Source: Aeropyrum pernix K1 (GTDB taxonomy: Archaea > Thermoproteota > Thermoprotei_A > Sulfolobales > Acidilobaceae). Taken from it: a stretch of 32,000 bases of DNA. The notes under the pieces are model-generated. The model was not told the origin of the DNA. It saw nothing but the letters and a program-made list of their open reading frames with translations, and did no database searches. The position numbers and the translations under genes were made by a program. The stretch lies in contig NC_000854.2 in the NCBI RefSeq assembly GCF_000011125.1, positions 600,001 through 632,000 of the forward strand. The letters run 5' to 3'. Within the stretch, counting starts at the first letter, position 1, and each line of letters begins with the position of its first letter. Positions 25,330-32,000 of the stretch are shown piece by piece.

Positions 25330-26217
25330 CTATTTCATGCTGTTCTCCAGCCTCCTAAGGTTTTTAAGGGTTCTCACGAACTCCTCGAACTCCTCCTCGC
25401 TCATAGAGGAGACCATCTCAGCCAGCTTGGCGGGGCTGCAGCTAGGCTCAGGCTCTCCAACCAGTATCTTCTGGAACATGTTGGAGACGGTGCCTATCAA
25501 CAGGGTTAGGGCGCTTATGCCGGTGAGCATAACTGCAATACCTATGACCTTCCCTATAGGAGTCGCTGGCACCACGTCCCCGTAGCCAACGGTTGTGGCG
25601 GTCACTACGGCCCACCACAGGGCGTCGAAAACCGACTTGATACTGCTGTTCGGATCCGGATACTCCACTATGTAGATGGCGAAGGCTCCGTAGAGGACGG
25701 TCAGCATTACGGCGCCAAAGAGGTGGTAGAATCTTATTTTGTCCGCAGCATCCGCTATGGCTGAGAGGAACTTGCTGCCCCTCGATATGATGAGTAGGAT
25801 CCTGAGGAACCTGAGAAGCCTCACGAGCCTGAAGAGCCCGAGACCGGCCAGATGGCCCTCTATGAGGGCCAGTAGACCCGCTGGTACGAGGGCTGGGATC
25901 TCGTAGAGCGTCTTCTTAACATAACCCGCCGGATCCCCGCTCTTGTAGGCGCGGTATGCATAGTCGGCCCACAGGATGATGACGAGAATAAGGTCGACAA
26001 GATAGAGTCTTACAAGGTACTCTCCGCTAAGCTGCATGGTATATTCGACGACAACGACTATCACGGAGAGAAGAGCTGCATACGACACCCCAAGCTCCAC
26101 CAGAGGATGCTCCATCACATCACCAATGTTCCTGACCCTACCGCCGAGATCGCTCAAACCCCTCCTAAACCTGGCCATAACGCTACACCCGGGAAACACC
26201 CACCTCTCCACACTCAC
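25330..26217 (-). CDS. KvAP: Voltage-gated potassium channel (KvAP)
   Basis: S4 Arg ladder LFRLVRLLRFLRILLIISR, selectivity filter TATTVGYGD, six TM segments. The whole sequence matches my memory of A. pernix KvAP. The functional start may be the internal MARFRRGL. Confidence 0.95.
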   Translation of the reverse strand: MSVERWVFPGCSVMARFRRGLSDLGGRVRNIGDVMEHPLVELGVSYAALLSVIVVVVEYTMQLSGEYLVRLYLVDLILVIILWADYAYRAYKSGDPAGYVKKTLYEIPALVPAGLLALIEGHLAGLGLFRLVRLLRFLRILLIISRGSKFLSAIADAADKIRFYHLFGAVMLTVLYGAFAIYIVEYPDPNSSIKSVFDALWWAVVTATTVGYGDVVPATPIGKVIGIAVMLTGISALTLLIGTVSNMFQKILVGEPEPSCSPAKLAEMVSSMSEEEFEEFVRTLKNLRRLENSMK

Positions 26218-26277
26218 TCTTCAAAAGGACCCACCCCCTATTAGGTGGGATAGAGGGCTGGCCCGGGGGGTAGGCTG

Positions 26278-27063
26278 ATGTCTCAAGAGGCGTCTGTGGA
26301 CGGGAGGTTCGGTGTTGCGTCGAGCCCCACCATCGAGGAGGCCGCTGGCCTGCTGGAGAAGCTGCTCGACGGTTCTTCCATGGTGGTTGTGGCGGGGGTC
26401 TGCAGCTCCGAGTATGAGGGTCGCGGGGCCAGCGTCTCGACGGAGGGTGACAAGCTCCTCATAGTCAAGCCTGGGGGCGCCGTCATACTCCACGGACCCC
26501 GGGGGTTTAGGCCTCTCAACTGGCAGCCCAGCACGTCCCACACCGAGGTGGCTACCGCCGACGGGCTTCTCACTCTAAAATTCTACAGGAGAACCCCCCG
26601 TGAGGTCCTCAAGATAGCCTGCGGTAGTATATGGTACATAGCCTGGGTTAGGTTCCCCGAGGAGGGGGCGTTCTGGATGTACATGACCGAGGACGACCTT
26701 AGGAAGGCTGTGGCGCTGCACCCGAGAGAGCTTCTAGGCGAGGATATAAGGTTCTTCGCGGAGGAGAAGAGAACCCCCTCCGGGAAGGCCGACCTCTACG
26801 GCGTCGACGAGAGGGGAAACATAGTCATAGTGGAGGTCAAGCGCGTTAGGGCCGACGAGTCTGCGGTGAGACAGCTGGAGGGCTATGTTAGAGACTACCC
26901 AACGCAGGCCAAGGTTAGAGGGATACTTGTGGCCCCAGATATCTCGGATGCCGCGCGTAGGCTCCTAGAATCTAGGGGCCTCGAGTTTAGGAGGGTGGAT
27001 CTGAAGAAGGCGTATAGCCTGCTGAAGCCGGGTAGGGGTAGGAGCGTGCTGGACTTCCTTTAG
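26278..27063 (+). CDS. nucS: Endonuclease NucS / EndoMS (mismatch-specific, RecB-like nuclease fold)
   Basis: C-terminal catalytic blocks GKADLYGVDERGNIVIVEVKRVRA and GILVAPDISDAARRLLESRGLEF. N-terminal beta-barrel domain with VVVAGVCSSEYEGRG...LLIVKPGG. Confidence 0.88.
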   Translation: MSQEASVDGRFGVASSPTIEEAAGLLEKLLDGSSMVVVAGVCSSEYEGRGASVSTEGDKLLIVKPGGAVILHGPRGFRPLNWQPSTSHTEVATADGLLTLKFYRRTPREVLKIACGSIWYIAWVRFPEEGAFWMYMTEDDLRKAVALHPRELLGEDIRFFAEEKRTPSGKADLYGVDERGNIVIVEVKRVRADESAVRQLEGYVRDYPTQAKVRGILVAPDISDAARRLLESRGLEFRRVDLKKAYSLLKPGRGRSVLDFL

Positions 27064-27080
27064 GCGCGGGTGACCCGGCG

Positions 27081-27374
27081 TCACACGCCCGTGAGAGCCT
27101 TCTCCGCCGCGGTGCTTGCGTCGAAGCTTATGAACTCCACCATACTACCCTTTATTAGCACCCTCCCTATCTTTGCGACGAGCCTAGTGCCGTTGTCGGC
27201 AACCTCTATGGCGTCGTCCAGTATAAGGTTCATGGTGGTGTCTGTAGCCACGAGCTTCCCAACATACTCGCTTCCATCCTTAAGCTTAACGTATATCTGG
27301 CTGTTGAGATGCTCCTTGAGGTACTTGAAGGGGTTAACCAGCTGTTTCCCACCCTTTGCAGCCATCTCGTCCAC
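27081..27374 (-). CDS. Sm-like archaeal protein (LSm/SmAP)
   Basis: Sm1 IYVKLKDGSEYVGKLVATDTTMNLILDDAIE and Sm2 IGRVLIKGSMVEFI. Has a ~17-aa C-terminal tail. Confidence 0.88.
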   Translation of the reverse strand: MDEMAAKGGKQLVNPFKYLKEHLNSQIYVKLKDGSEYVGKLVATDTTMNLILDDAIEVADNGTRLVAKIGRVLIKGSMVEFISFDASTAAEKALTGV

Positions 27375-27390
27375 CCGCTGCTCCCGCTCT

Positions 27391-27765
27391 TTAATCAGCC
27401 TTTACGGTTGATAAAGCTTCTGCACTGCCCTCCGGAGGGTCTAGGAGGATGCTGGACAAGTCTACGATATCCTCCGGGTGCACTCGCCACGATCCTCCGG
27501 AGCGGTATAGCCTCACCCCCTCCAGCTTCAGGAGGGCAGCCTTAACCCTGGGCCCGCCCATGGAGTAGCCTCCTATGCTGCCGTCGCTCCTCACGACCCT
27601 GTGGCAGGGGACGGCTATGGGGCTAGGATTCCTGGCAAGTATTCTCCCCACGGCTCTCGGGCTCAGCCCTGAGGCCCTGGCTAGGGAGGAGTAGGTGGTC
27701 ACCTTGCCCGGGGGGATAAGATGTAGGAGGGTGTAGACTATGAGGCTGGAGGTGGCTGGGGACAT
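27391..27765 (-). CDS. ogt: Single-domain MGMT-family protein (methylated-DNA-protein-cysteine methyltransferase DNA-binding/active-site domain)
   Basis: IPPGKVTTYSSLA...PRAVGRILARNPSPIAVPCHRVV...GGY...KAALLKLEGV with the PCHRV active-site Cys. The start is placed at ATG 27765 because codons 1-51 of the 175-aa track ORF lie over the 5S rRNA gene. Confidence 0.8.
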   Translation of the reverse strand: MSPATSSLIVYTLLHLIPPGKVTTYSSLARASGLSPRAVGRILARNPSPIAVPCHRVVRSDGSIGGYSMGGPRVKAALLKLEGVRLYRSGGSWRVHPEDIVDLSSILLDPPEGSAEALSTVKAD

Positions 27766-27785
27766 AGTAGGCACCGGCCGTTGTA

Positions 27786-27918
27786 GTGGCCCGGCCCCGG
27801 CTTGGAGGCCCCTGCAGGGCCTCTCGGACCCCACTGGAGCCTCCAACGCGGCCGGCTTAACTTCCGGGTTCGAAATGAGTCCGGGTGTTACCCGGCCGCT
27901 ATGGCCGGGCCGGGCCAC
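27786..27918 (-). rRNA. 5S ribosomal RNA
   Basis: The minus strand reads GUGGCCCGGCCCGGCCAUAGCGGCCGGGUAACACCCGGACUCAUUUCGAACCCGGAAGUUAAGCCGGCCGCGUUGGAGGCUCCAGUGGGGUCCGAGAGGCCCUGCAGGGGCCUCCAAGCCGGGGCCGGGCCAC. The core GUAACACCCGGACUCAUUUCGAACCCGGAAGUUAAGCC matches crenarchaeal 5S as I remember it from Sulfolobus. The termini pair (helix I), and helices gcggccgg/ccggccgc and uuggaggc/gccuccaa are perfect. The ends are approximate to +/-3 nt. Confidence 0.93.
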
Positions 27919-27938
27919 TATCAGAGTTTCACACCCGG

Positions 27939-27948
27939 TATTTTTAAG
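27939..27948 (-). promoter_or_regulatory. TATA box of the 5S rRNA gene
   Basis: The minus strand reads cttaaaaata, centred about 26 nt upstream of the predicted 5S 5' end. Confidence 0.6.
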
Positions 27949-27960
27949 CCTTTTGGTCTT

Positions 27961-29115
27961 CTAGACTGCGGCGAACCTCTCCGTCCACTCCTCGTACGTC
28001 TTCAGGAGCCTGTGGTCGACGCTCGGCCTCCTCCTGCGGAGTATCTCCTGGAAATCACTCATGGTTATGGGCCTGGGCTCCCCATCCACCTTCCCCTTCT
28101 CGAAGAGCTCCCTCACCGTCGCCATATAGGCCTCCCTTACTATGTCGGCTATGTCGCTCCCGGTATACCCCTCTAGCATCTCCGCCAGCCTGTCTAGGTC
28201 AACGTCGCCGGCTAGCCTGAGCTTCCTGGTGTACATTTCAAGCATCCTCTTCCTTGTCTCCCTGCTGGGCAGGGGGACGTAGATCCTCTTCTGGAACCTC
28301 CGTATGAATGGTTCGTCGAGCTTCCAGGGCTTGTTAGTCGCCGCTATTACGTAGACGTGCAGCCTGCTGCCCTTGTCCTGTATGCCGTCCATCTCCTTGA
28401 GGAACTGGTTCCTAACCCTAACCTCGCCACCCACCTCGGAGCCGTGGACTCCCAGGAGGGCGTCAACCTCGTCTATGAATATAACAACGGGCTTCCCCTC
28501 CTTGGCCTTGTTGCGGGCGTAGTTGAAGAGTTTCTTAACGTTCTTTTCACCCTCCCCCAGCCACTTGCTCATTATGTTTGCCGCGTCGACGTAGAGGAAC
28601 TCACCGTCTATCTCGTTCGCTACAGCGGACGCCAGCATAGTCTTCCCAGTCCCCGGGGGGCCGTAGAGTAGTATACCCCTGGGCCAGCCTAGGGGGAATA
28701 GGTCGGGCCTCTTGACCGGGAAGACTATGGCCTCTCTTATAGCCTTCTTAGCCTCCTCGAGACCGGCAATATCGTCGAAGGTGACGCTGGGCTTCTCCTT
28801 CAACACGAACTCGGGGGCCTCGTCTTCACCGCCGCCATCCTTCTCCTGGGTGTCGACATAGACCTCGTCCCCGGAGGCGGGTATCATCCTCGCCTTCTTC
28901 TCGAGGTCCTTAACCTTCCTGCGGTACTGGGCTATGAGCCTCCGGTAGATGTGGGCTAGAGGGTAGTCCGGATAGTTCCTGACTATCTCGGTGAGGTATT
29001 CGATCGCCTTGTTGAGGTTTACGATAGCCGCCTCGTAGTCCCCCCTCTTCTCCGCATCAACAGCAGCCAGAGCGTATTTCTTAGCGCTACCCTCAAGATA
29101 GGGAACCGCCCTCAC
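27961..29115 (-). CDS. cdvC: CdvC, Vps4-like AAA+ ATPase with N-terminal MIT domain
   Basis: N-terminal three-helix MIT-like region (AKKYALAAVDAEKRGDYEAAIVNLNKAIEYLTEIV). Walker A GPPGTGKT, Walker B VIFIDEVDAL, second region of homology ATNKPWKLDEPFIRRF. Adjacent to an ESCRT-III-like gene. Confidence 0.88.
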   Translation of the reverse strand: MRAVPYLEGSAKKYALAAVDAEKRGDYEAAIVNLNKAIEYLTEIVRNYPDYPLAHIYRRLIAQYRRKVKDLEKKARMIPASGDEVYVDTQEKDGGGEDEAPEFVLKEKPSVTFDDIAGLEEAKKAIREAIVFPVKRPDLFPLGWPRGILLYGPPGTGKTMLASAVANEIDGEFLYVDAANIMSKWLGEGEKNVKKLFNYARNKAKEGKPVVIFIDEVDALLGVHGSEVGGEVRVRNQFLKEMDGIQDKGSRLHVYVIAATNKPWKLDEPFIRRFQKRIYVPLPSRETRKRMLEMYTRKLRLAGDVDLDRLAEMLEGYTGSDIADIVREAYMATVRELFEKGKVDGEPRPITMSDFQEILRRRRPSVDHRLLKTYEEWTERFAAV

Positions 29116-29164
29116 ACCTCTACACCCCGCGCGGTCTAGAGCCCCCCGGCGCCCCCGGGCTGCG

Positions 29165-29980
29165 TCAGCTGTGGGTGGCTTCCCTGCCTGATGCTATGCG
29201 TATGAGGCCCTTCTGCTGGAGCCTCCTTAGAGATTTTATGATGTCCTCCTTCTCGACGCCAAGCTCGGCCGCTATCTTGCTTATCCTGACCACTCCCCCG
29301 CTCCTCTTGACGTACTCGTACACCTTCTGGTCAATATCATCCTCGCCCCCTCCTCTACCGCCCACTATCCTCTCGGGATCGGGTACGAGGTCGTCGACCT
29401 CCTTGCTGACCTCGCTCAGAACCCTCCTAATCTCCCTCTTTATCTCTGGGTCGATTTCAACCGTTGCGGCAGGCACTGGTATGTTGTTCACCGTCAGGGC
29501 TGTAGACCTTACAACCCTCTCAGTCGACTGTACTATGCTGGTGAGCCTAGCCGCTATCTCCGGGCTCGTAGCGGCCAGGTACTCGTCCATAGCCCTCATG
29601 GCGAACTCTAGAGGTGCAAGGGCCTTCGCCAGCGACTCTATGCTCCTGGCGTCCTGTATCCTCACTATGGCCAGCTCTATGAGCCTCGAGTACATTGTGA
29701 GGGCCTTCAGTATCCTCTTCTTCAACACTATCTCGGCCGCGTGTATATGGAGGGCGTCGTAGTCCCTCCTCCGGGCGGCGTCGAGCATCCTATCGTAGAA
29801 CCTGTTTATCTCGGCCAACACTATATTCTTCATGGAGTCCACTTCAGTCTTGGTGAGCTGCAGCCTGGCCAGTATCTCGTCATAGTCAACACCCTCCTCT
29901 CCATAGCCCGGCTCGTGCCCGGCCTTAGCCCCCGGGCTCCACGATATAATACCTAGCTTCCTAACTATGTCTATGACCAC
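29165..29980 (-). CDS. cdvB: CdvB, ESCRT-III (Snf7-like) protein with C-terminal winged-helix domain
   Basis: About 200 aa of helical Snf7-like core, then an acidic linker and wH-like VYEYVKRSGGVVRISKIAAELGVEKEDIIKSLRRLQQKGLIRIA. Lies 49 nt upstream of cdvC on the same strand. GTG start preceded by GGGGTGA. Confidence 0.75.
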   Translation of the reverse strand: MVIDIVRKLGIISWSPGAKAGHEPGYGEEGVDYDEILARLQLTKTEVDSMKNIVLAEINRFYDRMLDAARRRDYDALHIHAAEIVLKKRILKALTMYSRLIELAIVRIQDARSIESLAKALAPLEFAMRAMDEYLAATSPEIAARLTSIVQSTERVVRSTALTVNNIPVPAATVEIDPEIKREIRRVLSEVSKEVDDLVPDPERIVGGRGGGEDDIDQKVYEYVKRSGGVVRISKIAAELGVEKEDIIKSLRRLQQKGLIRIASGREATHS

Positions 29981-30140
29981 TTCCTACTTCACCCCGAGCT
30001 TCCGCAACCATTTTTGGTTTACCACATATAATCTCGGGCAGGGTGTGTAAGACCCTGTAATTACCATACCCCCGTGCCGGTGTCGTCGGGGAAGCTTTCT
30101 ACGTAGACGTGGATAACCTCTCAGGATTGACACTTTTGTC

Positions 30141-31076
30141 TCACATCTTCACCGCAACCAGGCCCAGCGCCCTCCTCCTAAAACCGAGGACCTCAAACCC
30201 CGCCTCCCTTAGTAGCCTAGCTACCCTCCCGGGAAGATTTAACCCCCTGATCCTCCCGGGCTCTCCTGTGTAGTGGAAGAGCCTGCCACCCCTCCTTAAG
30301 ATCCTGTGAAACTCCCTATAGAGTTCCAGAGTGTAAAGGCTGCTTGTGGACTTTGAGAACCTTGGGGGATCGTGTATTAGGGCGTCGAAGGCCGAATCGC
30401 CGAAATCCCGGACGACTTCAACGGCGTCCCCAAGTATAATCCTAATTCTCTTGTCACGGAGGCGGTGGCTCCAAGGGTTGAGCGCGGCGAGCTGGAGGAC
30501 GATCTCATCAACCTCCACCGTATAGACTAGCGAGGCCCCTCTAGCTATGGCCGCTATGGAGGTGTATCCCAGTCCTGTGCATGTGTCTAGCACCCTGAAA
30601 CCCCTTTTCACGACCAGCGAGGCCTTAGCCAACGCATCACTCCAGGGGTCAGTCCCAGCCACCCTGTGCATGTGTATGCCGTTTATTTCAAGGGTAGGAG
30701 GCTTGCCGCCGGGGAGTGGGACAAGCTTGTAGTACGAGCCCCTGTACGCCTCTGCAACTCCCATAAAGCCTGTGCTCCCCACGACGGCCATGCTCCTCTC
30801 GCCGAGGGAAGCTGCATGCTCGTCTACAACAAACCTCGAACCACTTTCGCTCACGAGGACCGCCCTCTCGTCTATGCACTGCAACCCAAAGACTAGTCCA
30901 CCCATCCTGACCTTAGCGGGCGGCCTCTCTCCCCTAGACCATTCTCTACACCTGCCGAGAAGCTCTTTGGCTATACTCGACGGAACTGCAATACGCCGTA
31001 GACTCCCCATGTTGTAGAGTTCCACTTCTATAGCCGAGCCACCTCTACACCGCCTGCCAAGAGGTGTCACGGGCAT
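30141..31076 (-). CDS. Class I SAM-dependent methyltransferase (archaeal COG2521-like)
   Basis: Motif I VLDTCTGLGYTSI, acidic loop VYTVEVD, motif IV ALIHDPPRF, followed by LRRGGRLFHY. Confidence 0.75.
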   Translation of the reverse strand: MPVTPLGRRCRGGSAIEVELYNMGSLRRIAVPSSIAKELLGRCREWSRGERPPAKVRMGGLVFGLQCIDERAVLVSESGSRFVVDEHAASLGERSMAVVGSTGFMGVAEAYRGSYYKLVPLPGGKPPTLEINGIHMHRVAGTDPWSDALAKASLVVKRGFRVLDTCTGLGYTSIAAIARGASLVYTVEVDEIVLQLAALNPWSHRLRDKRIRIILGDAVEVVRDFGDSAFDALIHDPPRFSKSTSSLYTLELYREFHRILRRGGRLFHYTGEPGRIRGLNLPGRVARLLREAGFEVLGFRRRALGLVAVKM

Positions 31077-31102
31077 GTTCTTGCTGCAAACCCGCTAATG
31101 GC

Positions 31103-31115
31103 TATATATAATTTT
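31103..31115. promoter_or_regulatory. Symmetric TATA element in a divergent promoter region (methyltransferase / acidic mini-ORF)
   Basis: tatatataatttt is centred about 32 nt from the methyltransferase ATG (31076) and about 80 nt from the TTG at 31187. Confidence 0.4.
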
Positions 31116-31186
31116 GCTGGATAGACCGTTTAACGCTTAAAATCATAGGTGATAACCTCTAAAACCGGGGCTGGAGGGCGACTACG

Positions 31187-31357
31187 TTGAAGCGGCTAGT
31201 ATACTCTAGGGAGGAGGAGGAAGAGGAGCTTTGGGAGGAAGAAGAGGAGGAAGAGCTGGAAGAGGAGGAGTTTTTCGACGAGGAAGAGCTAGAGGAGCTT
31301 GAGGAAGAAGAGGAGCTTTGGGAGGAGGAGCTCGAGGAGGAAGAGGAGGAAATATAG
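31187..31357 (+). CDS. Candidate 56-aa hyper-acidic mini-protein
   Basis: Own translation: (M)KRLVYSREEEEEELWEEEEEEELEEEEFFDEEELEELEEEEELWEEELEEEEEEI*. TTG start with GGAGGG 8 nt upstream. All non-GAR interruptions are multiples of 3 and encode L/W/F/I. A hairpin aggct-gacg-agcct and a T-rich stretch follow the stop. It falls below the 60-aa cut-off of the ORF track. Confidence 0.35.
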   Translation: MKRLVYSREEEEEELWEEEEEEELEEEEFFDEEELEELEEEEELWEEELEEEEEEI

Positions 31358-31539
31358 ACTGTTCAGGCTGACGAGCCTAGCCTCCCTATAAACACCTTTC
31401 CTGTGTTTCCCGAGTTCAATATTAGGACCTAGACCCTGCCCTATTATAGAAGGGCATCGCATTTGTATCACTCGAGGAGCAGTTCTACTCTATACATTTT
31501 ACCTCTTAGCGTAAGCGAAGGCCATCCTGGGAGTATGCC

Positions 31540-32000
31540 TTGTCTTCGCTGATAGGGTATGCACTAGCGTATGCCGCGAGCCTGCTGTTCGCAGTGTCCG
31601 ACGTTCTAGTTAGGAAAGCATCGAGAGATATAAGCCCGGCCGGCATACTCTTCCTCTCCCTCACCTCGGGCATACCGAGCCTGGCGGTGGTTTCGATACT
31701 TCTGGGGGAGCCCACGCTACCCGGTATGTGGTACCTACTCCTCTACTGCGCAATAGGTGCTGGCCACTTCTACTTTGGCAGGCTCTTCTTCTACACGGCT
31801 GTGGCGGGGCTAGGAGCGTCGAGCGCGGCGATAATAGTGTCGGCCACTCCCATAATGTCCAGTTTCTTGGCAGTTCTCCTCCTAGGGGAGGACCTCAGGC
31901 CCCCCGTACTAGCGGCTCTTATACTTGTGACGCTCGCCGCGTATATTGCCGCGAGAAACCCTTCGGGTAGGCCGCTACAGAACGTTAGCAGGAGCAGGGC
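31540..32000 (+). CDS. EamA/DMT-family transporter, N-terminal part; ORF runs off the window end
   Basis: Own translation from TTG 31540: MSSLIGYALAYAASLLFAVSDVLVRKASRDISPAGILFLSLTSGIPSLAVVSILLGEP...SAAIIVSATPIMSSFLAVLLLGEDLRPPVLAALILVTLAAYIAAR, open to nt 32000. Pattern typical of an EamA repeat. The 80-aa track ORF 31728-31970 is in another frame. Confidence 0.6.
   Translation, partial: MSSLIGYALAYAASLLFAVSDVLVRKASRDISPAGILFLSLTSGIPSLAVVSILLGEPTLPGMWYLLLYCAIGAGHFYFGRLFFYTAVAGLGASSAAIIVSATPIMSSFLAVLLLGEDLRPPVLAALILVTLAAYIAARNPSGRPLQNVSRSR

Noticed and set aside
27766-27918. N-terminal 51 codons of the 175-aa ORF 27391-27918
   Set aside because: They coincide with the 5S rRNA gene. The MGMT homology starts only at the internal ATG 27765.
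30112-30121. 10-nt direct repeat gataacctct flanking the methyltransferase gene (second copy at 31151-31160), as possible insertion boundaries
   Set aside because: Exact 10-mer pairs are expected by chance hundreds of times in 32 kb. The flanks show no extended similarity.
31289-31471. 60-aa minus-strand ORF (…LYFLLFLLELLLPKLLFFLKLL)
   Set aside because: It is an antisense shadow of the GAG/GAA tract. The Leu/Phe run is a compositional artefact, and no ribosome-binding site or promoter logic was seen.
1-32000. CRISPR arrays, IS elements/transposases, toxin-antitoxin pairs and known defence-system genes
   Set aside because: No regularly spaced repeats and no nuclease, helicase, integrase or transposase signatures were found on either strand beyond the housekeeping genes listed.

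Overview
GC-rich, tightly packed archaeal chromosome segment. From memory, the 295-aa ORF at 25330-26217 matches the voltage-gated K+ channel KvAP. The window is therefore very probably core chromosome of Aeropyrum pernix (Crenarchaeota), not an accessory island. Gene content in order: OCD/mu-crystallin fragment; Liv-type branched-chain amino acid ABC transporter (binding protein, 2 ATPases, 2 permeases); tRNA-Ile(GAU); hypothetical; thiolase plus DUF35; diphthine synthase overlapped by a radical SAM gene; hypothetical membrane protein; GltD-like flavoprotein; a three-gene operon (degenerate DHH-like protein, DUF504, Bud32-like kinase fold); Pot-type ABC transporter; succinate dehydrogenase in the order sdhA-C-D-B; GcvH; HPS-like plus creatininase-family pair; KvAP; NucS/EndoMS; Sm-like protein; single-domain MGMT; CdvC (Vps4) and CdvB (ESCRT-III); SAM methyltransferase; EamA-type transporter fragment. 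Five things are not explained by the ORF track. (1) A clear 5S rRNA gene (27786-27918, minus) is hidden under the N-terminal extension of the 175-aa ogt ORF and sits 20 nt upstream of an ogt-Sm gene pair with no T-tract between. (2) Two unusually long convergent intergenic gaps (11483-11981, 24948-25329) carry diverged copies of one ~160-nt element, including an identical 17-mer. (3) Several GC-rich stem structures are candidate small RNAs (10418-10505, 11829-11930, 19192-19276). (4) A 56-aa, two-thirds Glu mini-ORF keeps its codon frame through a polypurine tract (31187-31357). (5) The cdvB-cdvC pair has no adjacent cdvA. No CRISPR array, IS element, integrase or recognisable defence system was seen. 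All functional calls are motif recognition by eye; no searches were run.
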